The notes beneath the pieces are model-generated. The model saw only the letters and a program-made list of their open reading frames with translations, searched no databases and had not been told where the DNA came from. A program made the position numbers and the translations under genes. DNA of 64,000 nucleotides from NCBI GenBank assembly GCA_951406725.2, contig OX597816.1, forward strand, positions 80,910,001 through 80,974,000, given 5' to 3'. Position 1 is the first letter of the stretch. Every line of letters begins with the position of its first letter. Origin of the DNA: Octopus vulgaris. Its lineage: Eukaryota. Below, one piece after another: positions 13,511-26,700 of the stretch.

Positions 13511-15598
13511 GCTCTTACGGATGCAAAGATCAACTGCTAATCAATCGTATGATCCTTGAGAACTGTCACAAGCGCAGAAATCTCAGCACCGCATGGATTG
13601 ACTATAAAAAGGCCTTCGACAGTATACCGCATCCATGGATCTTGAGATCGCTGGACATCTTCAAAATTTCCCCTGTGATTTCAAACTTCCTGAAGCACAA
13701 TATGTCGTTGTGGAATACGAATCTCCAATTATACCACTCTAATGGAGTACTTGCCTCAGAAAATATAAACATCAACTGTGGAATTTTTCAAGGTGACTCA
13801 CTTTCACCTTTAATATTCTGCATAGCCCTAATACCCCTTACAAGTGAATTAAACAGAACAGGGTATGGGTATAAAATTGCCAATAAAAAATAAGCCATCT
13901 ATTTTATATGGATGACTTAAAACTTTATGGTAAAGACAATAATGAACTTGAAGGCCTATTGCGCACTGTGAAAGCATTCAGCGATGACATCGGGATGGAG
14001 TTTGGACTTGAGAAGTGTGCCAAGGCCACTTTCCAGAAAGGGAAAGTGAAGACCACAAATTCAGTCGTGTTAGATGTTGACACAGTCATAAGAGAGCTTG
14101 AGCAAGGGATAAATGAAGGCTCTGGTATTCAGCATGCAAGCATGAAAGAGAAGATCAGGAAGGAATGTTATAGGAGAGTTCGTGCAATCCTGAAATCTGA
14201 ACTAAATGCACGTAACAAGGTGTTAGCTATAAATTCCTTAGCAGTTCCAGTTGTTACTTATAGCTACAATGTGTTGAACTGGAATATGAGTGAAGTAAAG
14301 AATATAGATAGGAAAATACGCAAGCTGCTGAGTTGTAATAGGATGCACCACCCAAAGGCAGACGTAGATCGCCTTTACCTTCCCAGAGCCCAAGGAGGTC
14401 GAGGCCTGATCCAATTTGAACTAGCTTACAAAACAACCACAATTGGACTGGCCAAATATCTCGAAATATCGAATGACTGGATGCTAAAGCTCGTGGAAAA
14501 TCACGAGAGACGAAAGAAGCTTCATTCTATCATAAAGGAAAGCAAAAAATTTGCTATTGATCTCGTGCAGGATACCCAAACTGAACAACCCGAGGGAAGT
14601 ACGGCAACTATTGTTGCAAAGAAGGTGAAAATAATGGCAACGAAAAAAGCGCACGAGCAATTGGCTGATAGGTGGGAGGAGAAACCTCTGCACGGCAAAT
14701 ATGTTGCCCGTAGCAAACAAGCTGATGTTGACCAGAAGCAAACCCATCAGTGGCTACGGAGCTCAGGGCTAAAAGCAGAGAGCGAAGGTTTCATCCTGGC
14801 TGCTCAAGATCAAAGCCTATTAACCCGGAACTACCAGGCCAATGTGATGAAAAATGGAGCAGACCCAAAATGCCGATTCTGCAACGACATGATTGAAACA
14901 GTGGACCACCTAATCTCTGGATGTAAAGTCTTAGCACCAGTGGAGTATAAATTAAGACATGACAGAGTAGGCCAATATCTACACTGGCTAATAAGTCGGC
15001 ATTACAATATCAAAACTACCAAGTGGTATAATCACCACCCTGAGGCTGTAACTGAAGGAGAAAATGTAACCATTCTGTGGGACTTTCCAGTACATACAGA
15101 CCGAACCATCAAGGCCAATAAACCAGATATTGTTGTGAAAGACCAAAACAATAAAGTTTGCTTATTGATCGACATGAGCATCCCCTATGATCATAATATC
15201 TCAGCGAAAGAGTTTGACAAGCTCAGAAAATATAAAGACCTACTCATTGAAATTGAGAAAATGTGGCATTTCAAGGCGGTTACAATACCAGTGATCGTAG
15301 GAGCACTAGGAATGATCAAGAAGGGAACCGAAAATTATATGAGAATGATCCCTGGCTTACCATCCCTGCAAGAAGTGCAAAAGATTGTCTTAACTGGTAC
15401 ATCACACGTATTGAGAAGAGCATTGTCGATGTGAGAACTGTTACTGCTCATGTATTTTAATTTAACTTAAAAAAAAAAAATGAACGAACTATTGAGTTTG
15501 GTTTAATGGCCTACCAATGTATACTATGAGTTTCTTTGCCCTAGGAGTCGGGAAGACACTCGGCATGAAATGGAAGCAAATTTGAAAGAAGAAAAAAA

Positions 15599-15600
<2 letters not shown>
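13511..15600 (+). mobile_element. R4/Dong-clade non-LTR retrotransposon, 5'-truncated, inserted in (AAT)n
   Basis: (AAT)n on both sides (about 13461-13508 and 15601-15630). Coding sequence starts abruptly inside the RT. About 165-bp 3' UTR. Dong elements are established TAA-repeat-specific R4-clade elements. Confidence 0.93.
13513..15434 (+). pseudogene. Reverse transcriptase + CCHC zinc knuckle + restriction-like endonuclease (RLE) ORF, 5'-truncated, one frameshift
   Basis: Motifs WIDYKKAFDS, GIFQGDSLSPL, (HLF)YMDDLKLY, LYLPRAQGGRGL, CRFC..ETVDHLISGC, RHD, KPDIVV..LIDMSIP, KLRKY. The two track ORFs (13549-13893 and 13908-15434) join if one A is added in the A-run near 13885-13890. Confidence 0.93.
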
Positions 15601-15632
<32 letters not shown>

Positions 15633-15805
15633 GGAGATGTACTTGCATAGAAAGTGACCTGATCTGAGATCGTGTGCTGGATCAATTGCAGCGTGGAAGG
15701 TGTTTATAAGTCATTTAAGAAACACAAAATAACCGTTAGATTCACTTCAACATTTAAATTTAATTTGTCGAAATATTTTCGTCGCTTTGAGACCGCGACC
15801 TGTTC
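15633..15805 (-). mobile_element. Truncated copy of a small repeat carrying a hammerhead-like fold (same family as 35747-35945)
   Basis: Highly similar to 35747-35924 (ggagatgtact.gcatag..gatctgagatcgtgtgctg..aattgcagcgtggaaggtgtttataag..aaatattttcgtcgct..ccgcgacctgttc). Confidence 0.85.
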
Positions 15806-15807
15806 CC

Positions 15808-17968
15808 GTTGTGTTTGCATCCAATAAGTCCCACCCCTATTTTTCTTGGTAAATACAGTCTGTCTGTGTCCCCTCTTGGGTGGAGTGACTCATATCTAGT
15901 TAGCAATTTCCCGTTTAAGCTATTTCAGCTGTTTAGTTCGCCTACTATCCATGCGATTACCCCTTCTCCATATCTAACGAGTGAAAACGCGCAGGTGTTG
16001 ATAGCTTCGATCTTATTCCGTCAATTTAATTTCGACTTAAGGATCAGTCTCAGTCTGCGCAAGTACTCCACCTTGAATTTTTCTGTCATTTCTTTCTCCA
16101 TCAATTTATCCATTTCAAGTATCCCCAAGTACTTATAGCCCGTCTCTTCTAACTGCTTCATAACTTCCCTCGACGGTATCGTTAGCCCGTCCATTCATTT
16201 GATTTTGCCTCTCTTCAAGATTAACACACCACACTTTCTCAGTCCGAACTCCATTCTGATGTCAGCACTGAAGGTATACACCGTATCAACGAGGGAACTA
16301 ACTTAGGCTTCATCTTTCCCATAAAGTTTGAGGTCATCCATCAATAACAAAATAATTGACTTTTTGCTGGCGGCTTTTGAATACATACTTGGCTTTTGCT
16401 TTTTTTTGATGTTTTTCAGACACAGCACTGTTCAACCCAATGTCAACCACTCTGGTGTTCCTTGGTCGGCATTTAACAAGGTGTTGAGTTGCTGTTCGTG
16501 AATGACATTCACCAAATCTTTTGATCCAGTAGCCTTGAACCCCATCTGGTCCCGGAACCTTCCAGTTGCTCATTTTTTTGCTGATTTCCTTCATTTCCCT
16601 AACTGGAATGACTAGTTCTGCCTGTTTTGGACAGACTACTGTTTGTTTCAGTTCTTGCAACCATTCAGCATCCTTCTTGCGCTCCTATCGTTGCTCCAGA
16701 TGTCACTCCAAAAGCTTTGACTTTCAATGTTATCTGGTATCAACTTTTCATCTGTATATTCTCCATTTATTTCTTTATAGAATCTCTTCTGATCTACTCT
16801 GAATAACCTATTCTGGTGGTAACCCTTCATTCTTTGGTCGTATCTTACCATCTTTGCTTTCTTTGCAACGAGGCGCTGTTTCAGTTCCTCCACTACTACT
16901 TTCAGGACCTTTTTTTTTCAATATTATACTTCTTTTTCAGCGCCCTGTATTTTTGTTCGCTTTTAAGCTCCCCTTTCTCTTTTCGGTCTAACACAGAGAT
17001 TTCCTTTGAGAGCATCTAACCCTGTCTGGATTCTTCTTTTCCACCATGGATCTTTACTTTTGTCACCCCCATTATGTTTCTTTTTTCTTGACATCAACAC
17101 CCACGTTTTCTGCTACAACAATACTTGCTGCCTTGATCAAATTATTTGTTTCTGTTATGTTTGTTCTGATGTATTTCAGAATTTCATTGACATTTTTCGT
17201 TTCTTGGTTCAATTTCCATCGATCAACCTTTTAAAAGTTGCAAATAATATCGCTATCGTTCTCCTATAGTCTTGCCTTTATTCTGTCGTAGATTGCCTTT
17301 TGTTCACCTGTCATGTCACCATTAGTTTTATTGTCTTCTTTTGGATCATCTATATGTCTCTCATCAAGTAAACTACCACTGCTCCTTTCCTGTGCTATGG
17401 GATTACTCTTATTAGTAAGAACTGTATTTTCATTGTTATCTCTGCTGATATTTTCCATGACCCGTCTTTTGATAGCTTCAAGCTCTACTTCTGTGAACCA
17501 ACAATTTTTCCTTATTGCTCTAGCTTGATCACATAGTCTCTGTTTCATGAGTTGAAACAATCCCTTTTCCCTCCAATGATCATACATACGTTGTCGGTAA
17601 CCCCTAATTTAAGCACCATTTTCATCTACCGAGTTGCTCAGGTAGTAACACTCCATGACCACAACATTAATTTGCTTGCTCCATCTAAGCCGTGTGTGGT
17701 TGTCCCTTTCTGGATATCTGGAGCCGGACCAGATTCTCTGAGCCTACCGGGTGTAACGTTGTCACCAGCATTGGCTTCAGTTTCATTACCACCATTATTC
17801 ACAATATTTTGTTTTTTCATTGTCACTCATATGAGGAAGCGATTATCAGGTTCCGCAATTACCGGTGTTTTTATTGTGACACCATCACTAGATGTATCAT
17901 TAATCAGCTCATAAGGAGGAAGCTCCACCCGTTTCCTTTCAGTATAAGTGGGATTTCCCCATGATTTT
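15808..17968 (-). mobile_element. Older R4/Dong-like element: 5' end present, RT internally deleted, 3' truncated
   Basis: Minus-strand pieces read MYDHWREKGLF..QRLCDQARAIRKN.WFTEVELE (R4-type N-terminus), [68 protein letters not shown]. Many stops and frameshifts. The 5' end abuts an AAT/GAT tract at about 17970. Confidence 0.9.
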
Positions 17969-18021
17969 CATTATTATTATTATCATCATCATCATCATTA
18001 TTATATTTTATTATTAATAAA

Positions 18022-18220
18022 TGTTTTCTGATCGAAGTACCAATACCAACAGAAGACAATGTTTCTCTGAAACAAACGGAGAAACTTTCAAAATACAAAG
18101 ATCTGGAAATAGAGGTAACTCGAATGTGGAGTCTAAAAACAGAAACAATTCCTGTCATAGTATGTGCATTAGATATGATGAAACATATTCAGACAAATAC
18201 ATAACAAAACCACCAGGACT
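18022..18220 (+). mobile_element. R4/Dong RLE-domain fragment
   Basis: Manual translation CFLIEVPIPTEDNVSLKQTEKLSKYKDLEIEVTRMWSLKTETIPVIVCAL matches CLLIDMSIP..KLRKYKDLLIEIEKMW..TIPVIVGAL of the 508-aa ORF. Confidence 0.85.
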
Positions 18221-18779
18221 AATAGCTTATAAAAGAAAGACACAATCGACAATCTAGTCAAGCACATACGAAAACATAAAGTGTTATGACTGGATTATCT
18301 TCACTGACAGTTCTAAGTTGGATCTGAAGCTAGACTCTGAAGAGACAACTTATATAGTAAGTAATTACATCATACACTATCACGCCATATGCCACCATCA
18401 ACCGTTGCATAAATAGCAACTGGGTACCAATACTACTGATTCTACAAGGCACCAGACAACTAAATTTCAAGGGATTTATCTCTACTTTGTTGCAACACAG
18501 GATACATTTCATTTATGTTATATCTCAATATAGAAATATTTGATAAAGGAAACGCTGAAATCACACAGATCATTCCACTACACTCGTATACCACCTTGTA
18601 TCGCACGAGTAGAATACACGGCAGAGTAATGCATTATAACATACAAACTAGAGTGTTTCATGTATGATGCATACACACACACTTTTCTCTCAATATATAT
18701 GATTCATATAACTATATACAAATGGAAATAGACACACAATATCTCTTTCACTCTCTCTCTCTATATATATATATAGGAC

Positions 18780-18975
18780 GGACTCTTCCATCGAAGTTGA
18801 TGCATGTACTTCAGCACACATTCTCCCTCAAATCGACGTTGTCTGAACAGATGCACGGTGTACCACGCGTCAGTTGTCGAAGTGATCGCAGAACACAACG
18901 CGCCACCCGGTCTAGGAATTGAAATTACGACCTAGAGATCTTGAGTGCAACCCCACAACCATCAAGCCATGCACA
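18780..18975 (-). mobile_element. Degenerate tRNA-derived SINE fragment
   Basis: Minus strand gcatggcttgatggtt..aggtcgtaatttcaattcctagaccggg..gttgtgttc resembles the head of 39511-39844. Confidence 0.6.
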
Positions 18976-18984
18976 CTCATACCT

Positions 18985-19209
18985 CTGGCCGAAATCAGAT
19001 CGCCATGTTGATTCGTTAGCTACTGCACGCATTTTTTTCTCTCTCTCTTTCTGTGTTTTTTTTCTCTCTGTGTATCTTTCTGTTGAAGAGCGCAGGCTCG
19101 AAACGTTAAAGATTTTTTTTATTTATATTTCCTGAGCGCCATACTAATACAATTGTTCGTTTGTTTTCCACCTGCCTTCGTCTTTTGTCTGTTTTCATAA
19201 AGCTTCCCG

Positions 19210-19210
<1 letters not shown>
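18985..19210 (+). mobile_element. Small repeat with hammerhead-like fold ending at (TA)n (Penelope pLTR-like; same family as 35575-35744)
   Basis: Shares tttct.ttgaagagcg.aggct.gaa.cgt.aaag..actaatac..tgtt with 35575-35744. Ends at a TA tract. Confidence 0.7.
19074..19113 (+). ncRNA. Minimal type I hammerhead-like motif with variant core
   Basis: Stem I atcttt/aaagat, core CUGUUGAA, stem II GAGC-gcag-GCUC, GAAA, palindromic ACGU stem III, GUU triplet. A6 is replaced by U. Confidence 0.55.
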
Positions 19211-19262
<52 letters not shown>

Positions 19263-19303
19263 TACATATATATACATATAAATATATATACATATACATA
19301 TAT

Positions 19304-19376
<73 letters not shown>

Positions 19377-20685
19377 TGTATGTATATAATCTCAAAACAA
19401 CCTACATTATTGGTACTTTATTTCATCGGCTTCGTAGAAATGAAACGACGATGTCTATTGTCACCGGGGTTTGGAAACCATGTGCAGAAATGCAACTAAA
19501 TATTTACAAGGTATTTCGATCGATACTCTAAATTTTCCCCAGTTCCATTATGTTAACCTATCTCCCAATTGTAAACTTCCACTTTGTATCGTGTCAATAA
19601 TGACCTAATATTCCATTTTCTCATATGCTTACTTTTACATCTGTAAAAGCAAGCATATGAGATACATCAGAGATTTTGGTCCACGGTTAACTAAGAGCAC
19701 TAGTTACATGGTTTATTTATATTTAGTGTGAATTTGTTATCTGCTATGAACTTCTAGGTGTTCTAAGTAACGTAGACTAGAGTGTTCTGTCAAGAAACTA
19801 TACAAAGTACATAAAGCGGAGTTTGAACCGAAACGTTAAGCTGATAATCCAATAAATTATACATTTAGCTGTTTCGTCTCTATGCTCAAGTAATGCACTT
19901 GTATTGTTATAAGTATAATGATATTTATTGAAAAACAAGCGAAATTGCTTCTGGCGGCTATAAGCAAGAATAGTGAGACATGAAAGCTAAACTTCGAAGA
20001 ACAAACAGAAGACATATTATATTAATCTAAAGAGTTATGTCTAGTGGGCTATAGTACACTAAAAAGAAAGACAGTAGTTTCATCTAAATCAATAAGATTG
20101 TTGGTCTGGTGCGAGAAGGAAGTAAACAATACGATATCAAATGTATTATATGATATATATTACGAAATACTGTTGACATAAAAGCACACTTGAGTCCACA
20201 AGTCGTAAATCTAGTACATCATTATTACAGATATTTATATTGATGGCAGTTCAGCATATAGAATATACCAATGCAATAACTGGCACTGGTTTTCCAGACT
20301 TACTGCCTCAAGAACAGATTATGATACTTGTCGGCAAATGTGTGTCGGCACAGACATCTATGAAAATTATATCGCTCATAGATATTTATCTGTAATTTCT
20401 AATTTAAAGATGTTATTACCTATATAATGGTTTCTATCTGACAACTGAAATCTATTTTAAATAGTGTTTCCAATATTGGCACTAGTCCACACACTTGTTG
20501 GGTTAAGTTATAATCGCCTGAATTGACTCCATTAATATATACATATATTGATTGTTATGCTGTAGTCCCCTGAGAGATGAAAGACAGAGTTAATCCCAAA
20601 GAGATATAATTTGGCCGCAACCAAAGCATTATGTTCGTTCTTCAGTAGATTTCTCACCTCGCTACTGCCCTTTTTTTAATGTTGT

Positions 20686-20718
<33 letters not shown>

Positions 20719-21329
20719 CGATGATGATGATTTTTAATGTAGGCAAAAGTCCACAAATATGAGGCGGAGGCGTTAGTCGACTTAACTTACCCCGATTGTT
20801 AACTAATAAAAATCGGTTTAACAAATACTGGTTTAATTATTCGCAAACTAAAGATAAAACATGTATATTATTCATTACATCTATCTTGAAAACAATTATT
20901 TCTTCGGGGACTCAAAATATTTGGGGTCAGCACTAGAAAACAAAAAACATGAAACAGTGGTGGAATTACATTAAACATGGTGATATAAACAGCAATTATA
21001 AAGGCACGTTAAAATATCAATAATATGAAAGAGAGAGCATAATAATAAATATTCCTTAAGGTATTTGGAGAGCCATAAAAACAATTTTTGATTGCTGTGA
21101 CGCACCTAAACAAAAAAAATGGTGATATATATTCTATTTCGATGACAAACAGTAGCCGCATAGAGTAATATTATTTCGTCACAACTTCGCCACTCCCCCC
21201 ACATTCACTGACGAGAAGGATATCCTTCTCTCACCTTTCTCTTAAAGCCATAGTTGAATGTATTAATGAGGCTGAGGTTAGTAGTAGTAGTAGTTGATGA
21301 CTTTAGAGGAAATCACTACAAAACCAATT

Positions 21330-21537
21330 TTTCAAATTATAGCACAAGGTCAGCACTTTTGGCGGAGTGAATAAATCGATTACATCTACCCCAGTGCTCA
21401 GTTGCTGCTTATTTTATCGACCGTGAAAGGCTGAAAGGCAAAGTCGACATCACTGGATTTGAACTGAGAACGTAAAACGGGCAAAATACCTCTAGGCATT
21501 TTGCACGGTGCTCTAACGATTCAGCCATCTCGCCACG
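21330..21537 (-). mobile_element. SINE family B copy
   Basis: gcacaagg.cagca..tcgattacatc.accccagtgctca..tttatcgacc..gaaaggc.gaaaggcaaagtcgac..ttgaactgagaacg..ctaacgattc.gcca.ctcgcc. Confidence 0.85.
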
Positions 21538-23520
21538 TTCATTTTGGAAGATAATATTGTCATTGAGCGATATTTAGTTGATATCTAGCAATATCTAATC
21601 TATCCGAGATAGTCTTCGAAGTAGCATGCTTGTAAAAATCTGTAAAACATTGAAAATTAAATGAATCGAGCCATAAATGAACTAGACACTGTTATTCCCA
21701 GCCGTCAAAACATAATGAATAGGAAACAACACGAGATCCAAATATTTAAATATTCAACGAAATACTAAAATGAAACATGCAAACTTTAGATTAACATCAC
21801 CCAATAGCTGACATACAATGAATTTTCATACGCAGACAAAAGGAAAGAAATCGAGATCAGCTGGAAACGACTTATATAAGCTCTCCGAATATTTTAAACA
21901 CTTACATTTCAAAAACATATACGAAACTTTCTTAAAAGAAATTGTAAGTGTAACATGATCAATCAAATGCTAAAAACTATACATTATAGCAAATGTAGTA
22001 CAATATCAAATCGTACACAAAAGCACAAGCAACAACAAGGATTATTATTGTTATTTAACCCTAGGTTATCCAGCATCGCGTATAACTATGATCGAAGGCA
22101 ATGTCCGTTATCGTTGGTTTTTTTATGTATCGGAGAGTACGTCATCCACTGTGTTCTTTCTTGGCTGATTGGTTGAATCCACTCCGATACTTGTCAGAGG
22201 TTTCTTTTATATATTTATCGATAACGATAGTCAAATTTGATTTCTGCGAAAATTTCAAAGCCAATATAGAAGGACTCAAGTAACTATCTCATGTTAGCCA
22301 AGTAATTTGACGGTTCATTTCCTAACCGCAACCATGCCAGAGTCGACTTCATTTTCAGAGTTTGACGGTCAATAAACTAAAGTGGGTCAAAGCCACTGGC
22401 TATAAGCTCCTCCCCAGCACGTCTAACCCTCACTTATATTACAAATCATTAGTACATTTAACAGGAAAGAAAACTGCTCAACGTATCGATTTCTACTATA
22501 CATTATAGGTAGACGGAAAGGGCACAGATATATGTTGGGTAGAGTGTAGCTGTAATATAAAACTTCTCGCACGCTGTGTCACGCTGATTCTGAGTGTGAA
22601 TCACTTTAAGGGTTCAATACTTAGCTATGGAAAGCTCAACTGTTTGTACCTTAATTCAAGAATATACCTTTCGGTTGATGGAACAACTGAACCCTCATTG
22701 TCGAACGACGAAGATCCCCTACCATTGTATTATCAGTCAAGGAATGAAAGGCAGCACTTATGAATTATTTTATTTCAGAACCTCCTAGATCGCTGGTAGA
22801 AAGAAAAGCGTTCTTCCTTTAACCAGAGACCAGGATCAAATGCTTACAAACTATGGAGCTCTGCTAAAGATGCTTAAGAACGAGGTAGTAGTTTAAAACA
22901 TATCGGCAAATTAAGTTTGCCATCTTAGAATTCAGAACGCAAACATCTGAAATATTTATTGCATTTCATCCGACTCTAATATTTCTGTCAATCCACCAAA
23001 TCTGTTAATATATTTGACCGATTATGAAAGGATGACAGGGAAATATGAGCAAGGCATGATTTGAACTCAACGCATAAAGAACCGGAACAGGTACTGAAGG
23101 CATTTTGTCCTAATTTCTAACAATACTGGCAAATCGCTTTTGTCCTCATAGATACTCATAGACTCACTCTGCCGCACAAACGCATGTTTGGAGAGTGTAT
23201 GAATGTCACACAAACGCATGTTTGGAAAGTGTATGAATATGTGTGTATATGAATCTGTGTGTGAGTGGCGGAATGTTTACTGTCATTGCTGTTGTTAACT
23301 TCTTCAACAGTATGATAGGAAGAAGCCTCCCTGAGATGAAATAAATATGTTGAAAAAGAAAGAAAAAGGGAAAGAAAACAAAAGAAAGAAAGAAAGAAAG
23401 AAGGAAGGAAGGAAGGCATGTGAAACTACAGTATGCATTAACTTACATTTCAATACCTGTAGATATTGATTAGAAAAAGGATTGGCAAATGAGCATGCAC
23501 AAATATTCAATAATAGTAAG

Positions 23521-23707
23521 AGCAGCAGCAGCAACAGTGGCAGCGGCAGCAGCGGCAGCAGCAGCAGCAGCAGCAGCGGTAGCAGCGGTAGCAGCGGTAG
23601 CAGCGGTAGCAGCGGTAGCAGCGGTAGCAGCGGTAGCAGCGGTAGCAGCGGTAGCAGCGGTAGCAGCGGTAGCAGCGGTAGCAGCGGTAGCAGCGGTAGC
23701 AGCAGCA

Positions 23708-23758
<51 letters not shown>

Positions 23759-23780
23759 ACGGCAGCAGCTGCAGCAGCAG
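23521..23780. repeat. Compound microsatellite (AGC)n - (AGCAGCGGT)n - (AGT)n
   Basis: Direct reading; a 9-bp higher-order unit runs from about 23572 to 23700. Confidence 0.95.
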
Positions 23781-26700
23781 AGGTGGCAATAACAACAGCA
23801 ACAATAAAAATAATGCGAAACAACGCGATTTTTACATCATCGACTTCTAACCTAAGGCAATCCGGCAACCTTGTGTTCTTTAACGACTTAAAACAAGTTT
23901 TCACTAGTTTTCACAATGCGCATGTAGCCTTTTCTATTTTAGGTATAATTTGATTGCTTCCACTTTTACATTATATTTGTATCCCACAAATCTAATTATT
24001 TCTTTACTGAATTACTCATATGAACTTTGGGATATTTGTTGCTCGGTTTTGATAAATAACAACAAAGAAAAAAATATATAATGTAACTAAAATCCAGTAC
24101 TAAAATGTTATTGTTCTATTATTATGTTGTTTATAGAGGTTGGTTTTAGAAGGTCAACATAGTAAGGCACAATACTAAATACATTACAGCATTTCCTTCT
24201 CTTCTAATCGTTAATAAATTCAAACCCCGGTTGCAAGAGAAAGAGTATGAACAATGCTTCATTTCATTTTTCGACTCGACTTAAGACACCGGTAAGCACC
24301 TGTTAATAATCAAGGGTCAATGTAATTGACCAAAGTCAACTGTTATTGATTATTGTGCAGTGTTGCAAAACCGTTTAGAGCGGAAACAGCCGGGTTATTA
24401 TATAGTGGATAACCACCCTTATATTTGAAGGTTGATATCCGATTCTCGATATTGCATTGTCTGCTATGGGTGCACTTAACTTTCGAATGGCTGTGCCACA
24501 TAGTTGTACATAGGAACCATAAGTACATTTTTTCAATGATCGAGGCTATTTTACAATTCTAGATTTAATCATGAAATCAAACGTTGTACAATGACAAGAC
24601 AACATTCTATTCTTTTTCTTAGATATTATTAACATAGCTGTTAAAGAAAATAACAAAATACTCAACAGAATTTGCTATGGTTTTCAAGTCTTTGAATGAA
24701 AATCCTACCGAGATTAACTCTGCCTTTCGTCCCTTCGCAAGCGATAAAAGAAAGCACCAGCTTAGCTTGTGGTATTTGTTCTGCCTTTTTACTTTCTGGA
24801 ATTTTGGCTGGTAGATTTTAAACGTTGCCCAGTTGAATAACACATGTATGAGGACTCCCTTTAGCAGGGTTAACTTTTTGGCAAGCATTCGGATTAAGGA
24901 TAACTTCGTCTATTTGTCTTGGAGTACATGAAATTTACAGTCATAGGTCACTACTTATACATACATACGTACATATATACGTGTGTGTGTGTGTGTGTGT
25001 GCATCAAGTCTTGTGACTGATAGTTAAAGTGATCATGGTTATATAAAAATATTAGAACTCTAGAAGTTTGGTGAACCATAATCTAAGTAGGAACTATATA
25101 TATTGTTGAATAATATTCCTACAATTCAGAGGTTGCTTATCTGAAAAACAAAGTATTTTGCCGAGCTCGATTGCATGATAAATATATATTATTTGGCAGC
25201 AAAATTCACTCGGCACCACACATATATATCATCTACGCTTCTTAGGTATGGCGTATCAAATACATCGCAGCTATCACACCAGTGACATGCAATGATACGT
25301 TGTTCAATATACGAGAATGTTATAACTGTAATTATTCTAGACCAATCATCACTTGTTCGAGCTATACGTGATGGTGACGATGGTGATGAAATCAGCTACG
25401 AGTCTTCTTCAAAAGATGGAGTTTCCAAGAAGAAATAATCACGCCGCATCTAACTCTTATTGGGTATAGCACTCCATCATTTATAACCTTCAATTCCTGA
25501 CATTTATTGGAACTATTCACCTGTTCATCTTCGGAAATACTAATTTGTTTTATTACATATGTTACGATGATACGCATGAGAGGTAATTCCATATTATACC
25601 ATATATATAGTATAAATTAGAAACACAAACCCCGAAGCAAATTGTGCTGCATATTACATTATATGATATGATATTATATTATATTGTTATTCTCTTTTTG
25701 TTAGGCACAAGGAATTTAGTGTATAAGGCACTATATTTACTCCGCTATGTTCCAGAATCTACCAACTTACTGCTTCAGTAGCCGCAAAATTGTTATATTA
25801 TGTAATATTATATCTTATTAAACTATTAATTATCAAAGTATTCAAAATAGATTACTTATTACCTGGTGAAATTTATTCAAATATATGTATATATGTATGT
25901 GAATATATACATGAATATATATAAATATACGAATATATATGTGTGAGCGCGAGCGTGCGTGTGTATGTATGGAATAATAATCAAATTCTTTACTGATTCT
26001 ATTACCAATATAGAACACCTTTAATTAAGAACTAAGGGTTATTAATCGATAAAAACCTAAATATTAATAATATGAAACTTATTTGAATTCACAAAAGCCC
26101 ATAGGAAATACGACTTACCTACGAATTATTATATAAGAAACAGTATCACTATGATGCAGATTTAATTAAATTTAATTAATATACATTCAAATACAGACTT
26201 AATAAGATTCATTCTCGAATTTTCTCTACACGCAAATATATTCTTTTGTTTTCATGTAGCACAGAATGAATACAGTCTTGGTAATCTTCTTCAATTGTTT
26301 CGGCATGTTTTGAAGAATAGCATTATGTATCATGGATCTATTCTTTCTCTCTCCTTCTCTCTCTCTTTCTCTCTCTCCATCTCTCTCTTCCTCTCTATCT
26401 TTCTCTCTCCCTTTCTTTTATCACATACGCGAGACACCCCGCGCACAAAGACGCGTGCGTGCGCTGTTTCTGTCTAATTACTTATGTACATATTAATTAC
26501 CTCCCCCCATATTCTTATCTATGTCATATATGCTATGTATGTTTAAATATATGTGTGTGTGTTTATACACACATACACGTACACATACACACGCACACAC
26601 ACGCGTTTGAATGCTTGTGCATGTGTGTATGTGTATGCATTGCTCCCTGATTATTATTGACGAAACTGGAATGTCAAATGCTGGGAACTATTAAATTCAC

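Noticed and set aside
25392-25592. 66-aa non-repetitive ORF on the minus strand
   Set aside because: No recognisable motif or splice context; the length is compatible with chance.
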